In this document: positions 50,676 to 62,735 of the stretch, piece by piece
How the letters are laid out: each line of letters begins with the position of its first letter
Numbering within the stretch: the stretch's first letter is position 1
From: Minutocellus sp. GHC0000111
Lineage: Eukaryota
DNA: 64,000 bases
Reading direction: 5' to 3'
Assembly (NCBI GenBank): GCA_977018835.1
Contig: OZ361256.1
Coordinates: 3,472,001 to 3,536,000 of the forward strand
Notes under the pieces: generated by a model
The model's input: only the letters and a program-made list of their open reading frames with translations
What the model was told of the DNA's origin: nothing
Database searches by the model: none
Program-made: the position numbers and the translations under genes

Positions 50676-51895
50676 TTACTCGTTATGTATTTCTTCGTCG
50701 ACCCGACCATGTCGAGCAGCGTCACGTCGCTGTGCAGCTTTTGGGGGGTCCCACTTACTTTTGGCCCACCGCAAAGAATAGGATTCCTTGTTGTACCTGA
50801 TCCAACAAATATAGTGATATAATGCGTATGCCTCCTCGGCGGCATCTTCCTCGGCCTTCTTTGCTCTCTCCTCCTCGTCGGAAAGCAGACCGGCCACACT
50901 CAACTCGAGTCCGGCAACAACATTCTCAATGGTCGGGCTGGACCCAGAAATAATGACGGCGGCCACGGACTTGGCCGCACCGTCCTCCTCGATCTCCTCG
51001 ATGGCATATCCGGCAAAGTCCTCCGCACCGGCACCCTCGTACACGTACGCGGTGATGGCCTGGCTGGTCGGGTCGCGCGCCTCGGGGCACGCTCGAGGTA
51101 GGCCAGAAGGCTCGGCGCGAGCTTGGCCGAGTTGCTAATGACGCGGACGCCGATGCGAGTTCCGGGGACGTGTCCCTCGGGGCAGTAGAGGCTGTCGGAC
51201 ATGCTGAGAGAGTCCTTGGTACTCTGCGCGACGTCGTCAAAGGTGTCGAAGGACAGGTCCTTGGAGCCGGCCTCGGGCATCAGGCCTCGGGCGGTGGCGG
51301 CATTCACCTTGAGGGGGTTGGACTTAGGCTGGTCCAGGCCGGCCAGTTTGAGGTCCAGGGGCTTGGTGATGCGGAAGGCCGACTTCTTCAGCGGGGTAAC
51401 ACCATCCGCGTTAAGGGCCCAGTTGAACTCGTAGTTCTGACCAGGATATTCATTCGGGACGCTGACCGACTTGCCTACTCGCTTGACGCTATCCGGAAGG
51501 CCGGCTGATGAACGAAACGAACACAACACAAGAAACAGAAAAGAGCCCAGATCAGATTTGAGCAGCGCCAATCCACCAAGCCAACCAGATACCAACCACA
51601 GGTACATCGCCGGGGCGAGAGAATTGAGGGAGTGGGAATCTAAAAGTGAGAACATAATCTCTTTCAACTGGCGTCGTCGGCATGTTGCCAATAACCCGAT
51701 AAAACAAAGCACGTAGTAGAAGCCGCCGACCCCCCGCCGAGCTGGATGCTCATACCACAAACAAAGGCTTGCTCACTGCTACTCACCGAAATACCGCACA
51801 GCCTGCGTAGAAGCAGCGGCCGGCGCCGCCGACCGTGCCGAGAGGGTCACCGCCGCGCGGCGGACCAGGAGCGTCGCTTGTCTGCTGGCCGACAT
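50676..51895 (-). pseudogene. Mitochondrion-targeted hypothetical protein (weak resemblance to PEP-carboxykinase N-terminal fold), frameshifted
   Basis: Arg/Ala/Ser-rich presequence exon 51895..51787, intron 51786..51505. An extra dinucleotide in a (GC)n run at ~51074-51080 shifts ERAPRR|DPTSQAITAYVYEG. Confidence 0.65.
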
Positions 51896-52041
51896 CTTCC
51901 TCGCAACAAAATGGAAGAGGGAAATGGGGCAGGGGGGCGAGAGGCGAGAGTCGAGGAGTGACGGAAAGACGACTGATCCATTTTTCTGGTGCGGTGCTGT
52001 GGCGTGGGCGTGCAAAGTTGCGGTGGGACTGCCTACGAACG

Positions 52042-52875
52042 ATGAGGACCCTTCGCCGGTGCCTCCACACGTGCCATCGGGCCTTCACGTCGACGCCTAC
52101 CCGCCATTTGGCATCGTCTGAGCCATGGTACGGCTCACCGCGTCCGTCCCGCGACATTGGCTCATCTTCAGGCATGGCAGCAGCCGCCGGCGCCGGCGCC
52201 ACCTCAGGTCTAACTCTAACCCCTCTGGAACGGGTCGGCGTTGCCGTCCACTCGGCTACGACGGCCCTGGCCGACCCAACCCGTGCCGATGCCGTGGCAG
52301 CACTTGGCGAGGTGACGGGTCACGTGGCATTGCAGTCGATGCAACGTCGGATGCAATCCGATCCGGTAGGAAGTCGAATACTTGAGGATCGACCTCTGGT
52401 GGACAATGCTTCCGTCGATATCGAACAGTTATCGGCAACACTGGCCCCGAATACATTCGGTCATCAATATGCGACATTCATGAAAGGGCATGGGTTCGAT
52501 CCGGATGGACGGGCGGCCATCAAGTTCATTGCTGATCCAGAGCTGGCGTACATCATGTTGCGATATCGGCAATGTCATGATTTTTGGCACACCCTCACAG
52601 GTTTGCCGCCGACGGTGTTGGGTGAGTTGGCCCTCAAGTGGTTGGAGGTCATCCAGACTGGACTGCCCGTTGCTGCGCTTTCGGCCACCGTTGGGTCAAT
52701 CCGATTGAGTGCCGAGGAACGAAGAATACTGAATGAGGTGTATTTGCCGTGGGCAGTACGGGTGGGACAAAATGCTGAGTATCTTCCGAATGTTTATTAT
52801 GAGGAAGAATTTGAGGCAGATATTGACGAGCTGAGGGCACGGCTGCGGATAGAAAATGTCCCCTCGCTTGATTGA
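52042..52875 (+). CDS. COQ4: Ubiquinone biosynthesis protein COQ4, mitochondrial
   Basis: DPTRADAVAALGEVTG, RYRQCHDFWHTLTG...GELALKWLE (HDxxH..E) motif; mitochondrial presequence. Confidence 0.95.
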   Translation: MRTLRRCLHTCHRAFTSTPTRHLASSEPWYGSPRPSRDIGSSSGMAAAAGAGATSGLTLTPLERVGVAVHSATTALADPTRADAVAALGEVTGHVALQSMQRRMQSDPVGSRILEDRPLVDNASVDIEQLSATLAPNTFGHQYATFMKGHGFDPDGRAAIKFIADPELAYIMLRYRQCHDFWHTLTGLPPTVLGELALKWLEVIQTGLPVAALSATVGSIRLSAEERRILNEVYLPWAVRVGQNAEYLPNVYYEEEFEADIDELRARLRIENVPSLD

Positions 52876-53061
52876 GTGATTGCGTACGCGGTAGGTACTA
52901 GTCTAGTAGTAGGGGAAGTCTAATCGAATCGAATTCATCCAAGTAGGCTCATAAGCTTAAGAGTCTGCAGTGCTCGTACAATCTATCTGATATATATATT
53001 GACCACGATATGCATATTTGCGTATAATTTGCCTCAATGCGGCCGGTTTACATAAATTGCA

Positions 53062-53817
53062 TCATCTATACAGCTTATCGTCTTGTTGCAATTGATCTAC
53101 AAGGCTAAGTTCCTGAGTGCTACTTGCGAGTCCAGCATTCATTTCAAGGTCGATATTACTACTACCGGCGGCAGCAGAGCGTGTATTATGAGAGAATGCC
53201 TGCTCTTTTGATACCAAGGAAGCTGCTGCGTTAGCATTTGCAAAAGTAGTACTGGCAGTAGTATCGTTGGCATTCGCAGATGTTGCAGATTCAATCGGCA
53301 CAAAGGCGAGGACTCTTTCCGATCGCGCATGCTTTGGTTTGCACATGCCCGTATGCTTTGTCAAATAGGTGATAGAATACCCTGCATTCTCAAAGCGATG
53401 TTCCCAACCCTCCATTAGTGTCTTGATCTGATTATCAACGCGTCGATTTTGTACCTCGTAAATATAGATGATAGCACCGAGGTAAAGCGGGATTGTAGCC
53501 CAGACGACAATCAGAAACATGGACGGTCCGTCATCGTTGTATTGCACGATGACTCCTGATGCACCCAGCCCCACAAAGACGCCAATGATTGTAATGTAGA
53601 GAAGCAGGGCTGTGCAGAATCCAGCGTTGAGCCTCCTTGCAAGTGGATCAATTTCTTGTACCACTTCCGACCAAAGTAAATCATCAATGGCGAGACCCTG
53701 CGGTTTGGTTTGGTTGATGCCTCGGTAGCCGCGCGGGAATGCCGATTGCGGTTCTACTACAAGGCAGCATGTCGATGCGGATGTCTGAGTGACGAGAGAT
53801 GTGTTGGCGTTGCCCAT
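53062..53817 (-). CDS. Hypothetical membrane protein with two TM helices
   Basis: 251-aa ORF starting MGN; two hydrophobic segments. Confidence 0.6.
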   Translation of the reverse strand: MGNANTSLVTQTSASTCCLVVEPQSAFPRGYRGINQTKPQGLAIDDLLWSEVVQEIDPLARRLNAGFCTALLLYITIIGVFVGLGASGVIVQYNDDGPSMFLIVVWATIPLYLGAIIYIYEVQNRRVDNQIKTLMEGWEHRFENAGYSITYLTKHTGMCKPKHARSERVLAFVPIESATSANANDTTASTTFANANAAASLVSKEQAFSHNTRSAAAGSSNIDLEMNAGLASSTQELSLVDQLQQDDKLYR

Positions 53818-54208
53818 TGCACGTAGCTACGTGATAGTAAGAGCGCGCATGCATGCAGGAGACTGTGTGAGCTCCGGCAATCGTGGCATCATCTAATCTG
53901 TGGCATCGATACTCGAGGCATCGTGGAACGCGTGGCGGTTGCGGGCGCGAGCTGGCCCGCCAAAAAAATGAGCGCCGGCCCCACCTTTCAGCAGCCGACC
54001 GACAACAATCGACAGGTTGATTTTGAGAGGTCCAGGTGAAAGGTGGCGACATATCCTCTCTCATCAGTCGATGCACGTCTTTTGGGCGGCCCGATTGAGC
54101 TACGTAGAGCTATCGGCATTCTCGCATTCTGACTTTCACTTTGATTTATTTGTTTTCCTGCGCACTGCACTCACTGCCTACAAATCGACCCCATCGGCAT
54201 CGTCAACA

Positions 54209-55416
54209 ATGTACGTATCTTCAAATGGCGCCACGGATCAAAACATATTCATCTCACCAATGATTCCATGCTAACTTGTCCTTTTGATCCTTTGCTCTAT
54301 CTCAATCGACAGGGCTTTCATCTTCAACAAGCGCAACAAGAACAAGAAGGGATCCGGAGGAAAGAAGAAGTTCAAATGGGGCAAGAAGAAGACCAAGGGC
54401 AGCAACAAGTTCGCCAGCACCGAGCTCCCTGTGATTGAAGAGGAGGAACAGAAGCGATGGCACTGTTGACGATGCCACCGAGAAGAGGGTAAGTCGTTGT
54501 AGGCGGCGGCGGCAGCCAGTACACGTATTCTCGATGATTGCTGGTGACTGAATTACTACATAGGGATCCAATATCTACCATGCTGGAATACCACACAACA
54601 CACATATCCTAACTCTCTCACCTGTGGCATCTCCCTCATCATCTTCACTCCTCTATTGTATAGGACGATGTGCTTGACTTTGGAGACATCTCTCGTGCGT
54701 CTACTGACGGTAACGGTGACGATTTCATTCTCAATTCGTACAACACCGATGGCACTATCGACGGATCGCAGCTCAAGAGCGACGCCGAGGTCCCCGTTGT
54801 CGAGAGCACCTCTTTCTCTCAGCAACTTGCTGTGGCCGCCGCTGATGCCGCCAACATGTTCCAGCGCATGTCGTCTACTATGAGTGTTGCTACTGCTCCT
54901 GTCCCTATCCAGAGCGAAAAGAAGCAGGGTAATGAAGAAGAGAAGAAGGATGACGCTGTTAGTGACCATCTTGTGGAAGGAAATGCTGGTGAAGCCGGCA
55001 TTAAGGCCATTGGAGAAAACAACGAGGACGAGAGCGAGGAGGATACTATCAAAAAGGATGATGATGCCAGTAAGGATGGTCGTGGGCTTATTGTTGCATG
55101 GCCCAGCATGGAGGAGAAAAATCAAGGTGGCGAGAACGCCAAGGACTCTACTTCAGCTAAGGACGTTGTCTCCAACGACGAGGACATTACTAATGGCAAG
55201 GATGACGAGTATTTCCAGTCTGGCGGCGACGCCACCAAGAATGCCGATGTCATCGTGGAGGACACTGACTCCCCTCCCGCTGCCAACACGTTGGCCTATA
55301 GTATTGGACAGACTGAGGTGGAGGATGAAGAGGATGGGTCGCCCTTCAACGTATGCACCGACTTGTTCCGCTTTTTGAGAAAGAGAGAATTCAATTTAGT
55401 TGCTTTTAAAAGATGA
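54209..55416 (+). pseudogene. Hypothetical protein, Lys-rich N-terminus and acidic low-complexity body; frameshift in exon 2
   Basis: AT|G split by intron 54211..54312; second intron 54489..54663. A frame change at ~54452 is needed to reach the GTAAGT donor, otherwise TGA 54467. Confidence 0.6.
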
Positions 55417-55457
55417 AATCGAAACAAAAGATACACACGCGTTGTACGATACTTTAC

Positions 55458-58400
55458 TTAGTAGAAAGTGATGATAATAAAAGTAAGTTGATGCTGGCAA
55501 TAAGTATTGGTCTTCACGCCGCCCAAGGCAGGCATATTCTTGCGCTTTACCCCACCAGATAGCTGCGGGAGATCCTTTTCTTGGCTCGCGCTACTGACGT
55601 CGGTAGCTGGTGGTAGTGTCGGGGTAGAAATATCGACATCGTCCCCATTAGCACTGGAACCACCTCTGTGCGTAGGCGCCAAGCATTGCCGCTGTATGCA
55701 TATGCAGCGCTGGAAGCTTCCAGTGGAACGAGCATTGGTAGCTTCTGAAGGACGCTCAAGGCAGGAGCGACAACGACCGCAGTCTTTGGTCTGTGTGCAA
55801 CCAAGGCAGGATCCACAGGGAAGCCATCGGGGCTTACTCCCCCTGCCTCTCCCGGTACTATTACCACTCTGGCGGCGGCTTTGGCGCTTCTTTTTTTCGC
55901 AGGACGTTCGTCCGATGATATATCAGGTGGAAGATTATGGTCAGTAGAATCATTTGCGTCATTATTGACCCAAACCTGTGAGTAGTCCTCATCGCTGTCA
56001 TCGTCATTATCCCCAGCACTGCTTGATTTCGAGGAACGGCGAGAAAGCTTCAGCTGCTTACGTTTCCTTCGGGCTTGGTCGCGCTTACGTTGGATGTCGC
56101 TCAATCCCTTCTTCGTTGATATTTTTTTTACGGAGGTTTTAGCCTTCTTCTTAGCCTTGGTCTTTGGTTGGTCATCACTTTCAGTATCTTCGTCATCGCT
56201 GCTACCCGATGGCTGTTTTCGTTTCTTCTGACCAGACTTTGTTGAAGAAGAGCGCTTCTTGGCATCAATACCGCTGGCGGTGCTGGCATCGGCAGCAGTT
56301 GCTTTCGTTGGAGCGTCAGAAGCGACATTATCACTCTCTTTCTTCTTTTTGCCATTCGTAGATCCTCGAGCCTTCTTTTTCTTGATAGCCTTGCCATTGC
56401 TAGAAGAAGGCTTGGCTGTGACGGAAGCATCTGAGTCATCGGCCTCCTCGATTGCAGATGATAAAGAAGAGGCATTTTCTGAGAGTTCATCAAGACGATT
56501 TGTGAGTCTCTTCTCCTCGCCTTCAAGATTCTTCAGCTCCAGTTGTTTCCAAGTAATTTTCTTGGTACGAGATAAGGCTGATTCGGGCTTCTCTCCTCCC
56601 TTTTTGGCAGCTGCAGCTCTGCCATGATCTTGCAGAGATGTTATTTCTTCCTTGAGACGGCGAATTCGTAGGACAATAGTCTGCCTCTCGCCCTTCAGCC
56701 TTGTCCTTTCGAATTGCTTAAACTCTTCTTCCACAGTCAATGCGATGCTATCCATAGGAGTCGAATTGTTATTGTCCTTGTTTTTCCCCTTTTTCTTCTT
56801 CTTGCTGGCAGTGGCAGTAGCAGCAGCACCTTTCATTTTCTTAGCGGCCGATCTCTCAGTCGTAGTCGCCACGTGAGCGTTGTCGCTAGTAGTCGAATCC
56901 TCGACAACTTGTCCATCCAACACTGCGAGCAACTTCTTGCTGGGGAGATTCGCAGGAGACGATAAGATTGATTCTTGATCTTTTGGAGTCTTTGGACGAG
57001 GAGGGCTCTTGGTTTGTTTCTGCTTTTGCTTGGACTTGGCACTGCGGGACTTGCTTGGTAATGGAGCTGACGCCAAGGCCGATGCCGGTGCCGTACTCTG
57101 CCCGAGAAAAGCAAGAGAATCCATCACATCGTAAGAAGCCGGAGTGACTGGCCGGACAGAAGACAAATTAGGGGTTGAGGAGGATACCGATGTTCTCGTA
57201 CCAGAGCCCTTTGATCTACTTGCTTTGGGAACACGCTTTAGCTTTGATCTTTTCTTCGTCTCGTCCTTCTTTGGCTTACTGCTGATACTGGAACTGTTTT
57301 TGTCTTGACAGCTCTTGCAATACCAATTGCCATCAGGAACAGCATTGAGCTTATCGTGCGTGCAGGATAGGTGACAGGCCTTATCACAGCTATCACCATC
57401 ACACAGGAGCATCTCAGGACCGTCAGGACTCTCAATCTCGAGGCAAACGTAACAGTAGTCAAGCTTTGGCTCCCCATCCTTGTACTTGTAAAGTTGTAGC
57501 ACCTTCTCAACGTCACGTTTCTCTGGAATTCGGAGGATTGTACCCTGCTGTAGCTTTGATTTGGCATTCAATCTCTTGTATCGTTTGCGATTGACAGAAA
57601 TGAGATCATTGCACTCGCAACCTCGCTTTTCGGAGCAATCGAATGGCGTTTCATCATTCAGCGTAGTGTAAAATTGTGCATCTCTGCATACATGACCGGG
57701 ATGAAACGTCTCCTTTTCTTCCAGCCCCCCGTCAGATTTCTTGGGTATGGTACTAGTACTGGTACTGGTTGCAGAGACGGGCGTTTTGGTGGCAGCCAAT
57801 TGCGTTGCGGCCCGAAGGATATCATCTCGACTCGAAATTGGTGGATCCGAAGGCTTCGACGCTTCATTTGTTGCGTCCGACTTCTTGCCTTCTTTCGATC
57901 TGCCACCCTTATTTGCACTCTTACTAGACTTCTGAGCTCCGTCATCACCAGCAGAAGCGCCAGAATGATCGCCTGCACTCTCACTTGTACCGCCATCAAT
58001 CTTCCCACCGACCTCCGAGGACGCAGCCTTTTTGGAATCGCCCTTCTTGGCGTTGGCCTTCTTCGTACCGCCCTTCTTGGTGCCGGCGCCGGCATCATCG
58101 CCCGCCTTCACACTGATCTCCGACGAATCAACTATTTTCGCTCCGGCCTTTTTGCCATTGGACTTCTTCTTGGCGTCACCATTCTTAGTGGCGGCGCCTG
58201 CATCATCTGTCTTCGTTCCAGTAGAATGTACGACATGAACTCTCATATCCTTCGCGTCCATCTCCTCCTCATCACCATCGGAATATCGGATCTTGTAGAA
58301 TTTAGAACCCTGGTCATACGAAACAAACTTCTCCTCGATAGGCTGATATGTTATTGGTAGCATTTGGGTAGAAGATTATTGTTGTGGTTGGGTGAGAAAT

Positions 58401-59766
58401 TAAAGATCGGCTCTGAACGAGTGTAAAACATGGGCATAGATTTGGAAAAATGCAATGTACTCGCTCTGAATGCACTTACCGACTCCATCAAAATCTTTGG
58501 ATATTTCAGTTCCAATTAGATAAAGATCACTTGTCTCTTGATTCTTCTTGGGCCCATCCTTTGCGGCAGCAGCCTCATCTCCTTTCCCACGGTCAGTCGA
58601 TTTTGCTGTCACCGCATCCTCCTGAGCAGCAGCAGCAGTAGCGCCTCTAGTCTTCCCCTCGGGCTTTGCTGCTGCAACATCCTTGGACCCTATTGCAGAC
58701 TCGTCGGCACTTGTCTTTTTACCAGCGGTGGTCACATCAGTAGTCACTGCTGCTGCTGTAATAGAAACGGCAATGCTACTATCGGCATCGGAAGAACAAT
58801 CCAGTGGGTCCAGGAAACGCTCAATTTCGGCTTCCTCCAGCTCCTCCTCGTCACCATCCTCCACATATCGGACCTTGTAATACCGAGCCTTGGCATCGTA
58901 CGAAATAATATCACCTCGATACGCTAATCAGCAATTTGTTTGGATGGAATTTTCAACGAATGATGGATAATTAAGTAAAGTTCCAACGAAATCTTACGAT
59001 GCATGATTCATTCCATAGCATTGCAATTTAACTCAGGACATGTCAAGCATTCTATCCACTTACCAACTCCATCAAAATCTTTGGATATGACAGTACCGAC
59101 CCGGTACTTTTGTCCCTTTGCCCTCCCAGGTGAAGGCTGCACTTGGACTTGATCCTTCGTCTTGGTCTGTGCCTGGGTCTGTGCTTGTGCTCGAGCGGCC
59201 CGACGCTTCGTCAATGACAGTCTGCTGGTCCTGCCGACAGTTGCACCGGTGTTGGCACTTGCTTTCTGCGTTTTGCCACCGTTCGAATCGCCACGTGCCT
59301 TTGCTGATTTATCACTGATAGCACTACCCGCCGTATCCGACTGAGCCTCCGATGAGCGTGATGTCGCACCGCCCGTAGCTTCTGCCTCAGCGGCACCATC
59401 TGCTTTGGCCGTTGAACCCCCAGTCGATTTTTCAGTACCCACATCGGCATTGTAGAAGGTGGTCCTAGTTCGCTTCCTCGTATTGGCCGATCTCCGACCT
59501 GGTGGGTCTGCTCCTGACTTTGAGGCTTGTCTCTGCTCCTCTGCCATCGCTACCATGGTGTTGCTCTTGCTCTTGGCCTGTGCTCCATCACCGGTAGCGG
59601 CGGCCGATCGTGTTGCTGCTGATGCCGCCGTCCGAGGCGATGTGCGACGAGTGCTACCGCTCATGCCAGCAGAACCGATAGGATCAGTAGCAACGTTACC
59701 AGCTGCTGGGGGAAATGATGCGGCAGCTGTGGCGGCAGGGGCTTTTCTGGAACGACGCGACCTCAT
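55458..59766 (-). pseudogene. Chromatin protein with two Tudor-like domains, a LysM-like domain and a PHD finger; frameshifted
   Basis: 2x GTxISKDFDGV.YRG...YD....YK.RY.DGDEEE; YTTLNDETP..DLISVN..KLQQGTILRIP; C4HC3 PHD. Introns 59063..58924 and 58479..58343. +1 base at ~58325-58330; probable second shift at ~55684. Confidence 0.8.
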
Positions 59767-59824
59767 TGCCACGGTATCGATACACGAAAAACTGCTATGT
59801 GCGATGTGGTGGATGCTTTGTCAC

Positions 59825-59888
59825 AAGTACCGTAGGCCTACCTAGAGCTAGGCCTAGTCTAGCTACGTAGCTAGAGTAGGTAGGTACC
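59825..59888. repeat. Palindrome patch in a divergent promoter region
   Basis: GTAGGCCTAC 59832-59841, CTAGGCCTAG 59848-59857, 18-bp TCTAGCTACGTAGCTAGA 59858-59875. Confidence 0.85.
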
Positions 59889-60473
59889 AATGCAATGTGA
59901 TGCAAATTTGCCTTGGTTTCGGAATCATGAAAGATAGCAAGCGAAAAATCGGGGAGTTCCCAATTTCTTGTAAAAGCCCTATACTTACCTTAGGTTCGCA
60001 GGCGTCCGATCAAACAGGGGCGTCGCGAGATGGAGGAGCTGGTCCGTTCACGCATGAAACACTGCAGGCTGTACGTGATCCCATCTCACTTTTCGCAAAG
60101 CGGGAAGTCAACCTATAATTTTTGACCTGGCGAAACTTGGCGCTTGTCGCCAGTTTTGCCCCCCCCCCCCACACCCAACCCCCAATACACACCCCACACC
60201 AACCCCACGTTGCCGACCCCGTTGTATCCATTGTTGTGGATTTGGCATTGTTGCCGGCCAAGAGCTTTTGTCGGGCGAGTTTCCCCATTTCCCCCCCAGA
60301 AATTTACGTCACGCCGAAACTAATCCTCACAGCCGCAGATTTCACTTTATTTCGCTCCCACCTGCTCCCACAATCCATCACGTCAGTGAGGTGGAAGTGG
60401 AAGTGCCGATCGCGTCGCTACTCGTGTTCCAGCCTTTGCCCCCTCCCCACACACCTTACCCACCCTCCCAACT

Positions 60474-62735
60474 ATGTTCACTCCACCATATCTTCTCATT
60501 GCCCTCCCCTGCCTCTCCTGCCTCGCCCGCAATTCCTTCTGCACGGCATGGGTCGTTAGCTCCCCCCCTTCGATATCACCCACTCGCCACCGCCACCGCC
60601 ACCGCCACCGCCACTGCATCCTGTACTCCTCTGCATCACCAGATGATGACGAAGCCACTTCTACCAATAGCATATCCTCCATGGGCCTCAACGAGCTACA
60701 AACTCTCCTTCGGCAGGCCGTGTCGACGGAGGACTACCTCCTGGCCAAGAAGTATCGGGATGAGCTGGCCGATCGAGTATCGACCGGTGCCTACCGTCCC
60801 GCCGGCACGTCGGACAGCAAGGACATCGACCGGCGCAAGATGAAGCGACTTAGTTGGAGAGGGCTGGGCACGGCCCGGTGGTTGGAGGATCGGCTCGATG
60901 CGCTCAACTACAAGTTCCCCACGACGATCCAAATCAACACCTTTGAGGCCGTCAACACCATGCTCGGAGCGCTGGAGGAGGCCATGAACGGCGAAGATGC
61001 GCCGACTACGTTGGAGGAGCTGATCCAGCGCAACGCCAACGTTGGCAATATGGGCGTCATCATCTCGGGAAGTACCGGTTCGGGTAAGACCCTTGCGTAT
61101 TTGGTACCCATGCTGTCCACTCTGTCGGATTCGCTCTTCACCCGGCAGCGCATCCGTGTCAAGGCCGAGGAAGATGTGGGCGATGTGGCGGACGATTTGC
61201 TGGCTCGGGTGGCCGTACAGACCAGCCCGACCATTCGAGGGCAGGGACGAAAGCAAGTCGGCGGTGGAGGTGGCAATACCATCGCCACCGGAGCAGCCAT
61301 GTCCACTCACGGAAAGTCTGGTACCGATGTCAAATCTCCACTTGCGCTCATTGTGGTGCCGACGAGGGAGCTTGGCGTTCAGACCGCCTTGCTTTTGTAT
61401 GAATGTGTCGGTGGCAGCACCAAAAAGACGCAGACCGAGATGCCTGGATTGGCCAACATGTTCAAATACAAAGGACCAAAGGGAGTGAAAATTGGTTGCG
61501 TATTGGATGACGAGGAGGCCAAATTTGGACTCAAATTGCAGACCGACGTGGCCATTACCACACCCAAGTATCTTGGCAAGTTAATTCGGGATGGCGACAT
61601 CATTCCGGAGAATCTTCGAGTTGTCATCTATGACGAGGCCGATCTAGCGTTGGAGCAAACCCCCGAGGATGATTTGAAAGCCCTCTTTAGCGATGCAGAG
61701 GACGAGCGCAACTTCTCCAGACTTACATACGTTGTCGGGGCAACTGTTACTCCATCATTGGGCAAGCTGGTTGTGCGAGATGGTATCCTTCCGGAGGGCA
61801 AGAGCTTCATCGCAACGGCTACTCAATTTGCACCGCTATCAATGTCCGATGCCGATTCTGCCAGTGGCGATACTGCGAGCGAAACGAGAACTGCATCGCT
61901 CAAGGATCTCGGTTTGTGTTTGGACCCTGGACTCCGACACGAGCGTGTCATTGCTCCCGCCGACCGTGGCATGCTATGTCTAGTACGAATGCTGCGCAAG
62001 GAGCTGCAAGAATACGACGAAGCCGTCCGAAAGGCCAACGCCGAGGCTGATGCAGATAAAGGCGCTGCTCGCAAGCAGATTCAGCGTCCCCGCGTCGTGG
62101 CCTTCTTCCCTGGCGAGGAAGAGGCCAAGGCAGCGATCGAGCCCATGAGAGATGCTCTATGGGGCGAGCATAGATTGTGCGTTCTGCTACCCAACATTGG
62201 CGTGAATCCTCTCGAAATTATGGAACAATTCAAGTCCAATGCTACCAGCGTCATGCTCGCCACGCCCAACTCCGTCCGAGGTTTGGACTTTGCCAACCTG
62301 ACGCATGTTTACACCATGTACCTTCCATCGGATGATCCGAGAGAATACCTTGATTTGGCTGGCCGTGTCGGCAGGATTGGCCAAATGGGCAGTGTATCGG
62401 GCGTTGGAGGGCGAGTTACCTCTATTCTCAAGACCGAAGAGGCAGATCAAATGGACGATATGGCTCAAGAACTTGGCTTTACTTTCACAGACTTTAACTA
62501 CGATGACGTTGCCTCTATGGGTGGCATGAGCAAGGGACCGGAGGCTACAGAAGGCGCTGGCAACAACGGTGATGGTGATGACAGCGAGGTCGAGAGAATG
62601 AGAAGATATCTTGAAGATACCATAACACTGCTTGACTTGGCGGAAGAGCCCGAGGTGGATCTAGATGCAGTCGCAGAGAGAGCTTCTTCTATGTCGGATG
62701 ACGATGGTGAATACGACGACGACGAGGAAATATAG
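60474..62735 (+). CDS. DEAD-box helicase-like protein with N-terminal UVR-like motif, probably plastid-targeted
   Basis: Signal peptide ending CTA-W; GSTGSGKT, VPTREL, DEAD, GAT, VRGLDF; motif VI reads DLAGRVGR; 753-aa open frame. Confidence 0.85.
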   Translation: MFTPPYLLIALPCLSCLARNSFCTAWVVSSPPSISPTRHRHRHRHRHCILYSSASPDDDEATSTNSISSMGLNELQTLLRQAVSTEDYLLAKKYRDELADRVSTGAYRPAGTSDSKDIDRRKMKRLSWRGLGTARWLEDRLDALNYKFPTTIQINTFEAVNTMLGALEEAMNGEDAPTTLEELIQRNANVGNMGVIISGSTGSGKTLAYLVPMLSTLSDSLFTRQRIRVKAEEDVGDVADDLLARVAVQTSPTIRGQGRKQVGGGGGNTIATGAAMSTHGKSGTDVKSPLALIVVPTRELGVQTALLLYECVGGSTKKTQTEMPGLANMFKYKGPKGVKIGCVLDDEEAKFGLKLQTDVAITTPKYLGKLIRDGDIIPENLRVVIYDEADLALEQTPEDDLKALFSDAEDERNFSRLTYVVGATVTPSLGKLVVRDGILPEGKSFIATATQFAPLSMSDADSASGDTASETRTASLKDLGLCLDPGLRHERVIAPADRGMLCLVRMLRKELQEYDEAVRKANAEADADKGAARKQIQRPRVVAFFPGEEEAKAAIEPMRDALWGEHRLCVLLPNIGVNPLEIMEQFKSNATSVMLATPNSVRGLDFANLTHVYTMYLPSDDPREYLDLAGRVGRIGQMGSVSGVGGRVTSILKTEEADQMDDMAQELGFTFTDFNYDDVASMGGMSKGPEATEGAGNNGDGDDSEVERMRRYLEDTITLLDLAEEPEVDLDAVAERASSMSDDDGEYDDDEEI

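Noticed and set aside
50676..50830. C-terminal extension YALYHYICW... as a foreign insertion
   Set aside because: It could simply be 3' UTR read through after loss of the native stop; no boundaries or homology support an insertion.
60586..60615. (CACCGC)n tract, and the poly-Pro tract at ~36444-36482
   Set aside because: Ordinary in-frame coding microsatellites in a transit peptide and a linker.
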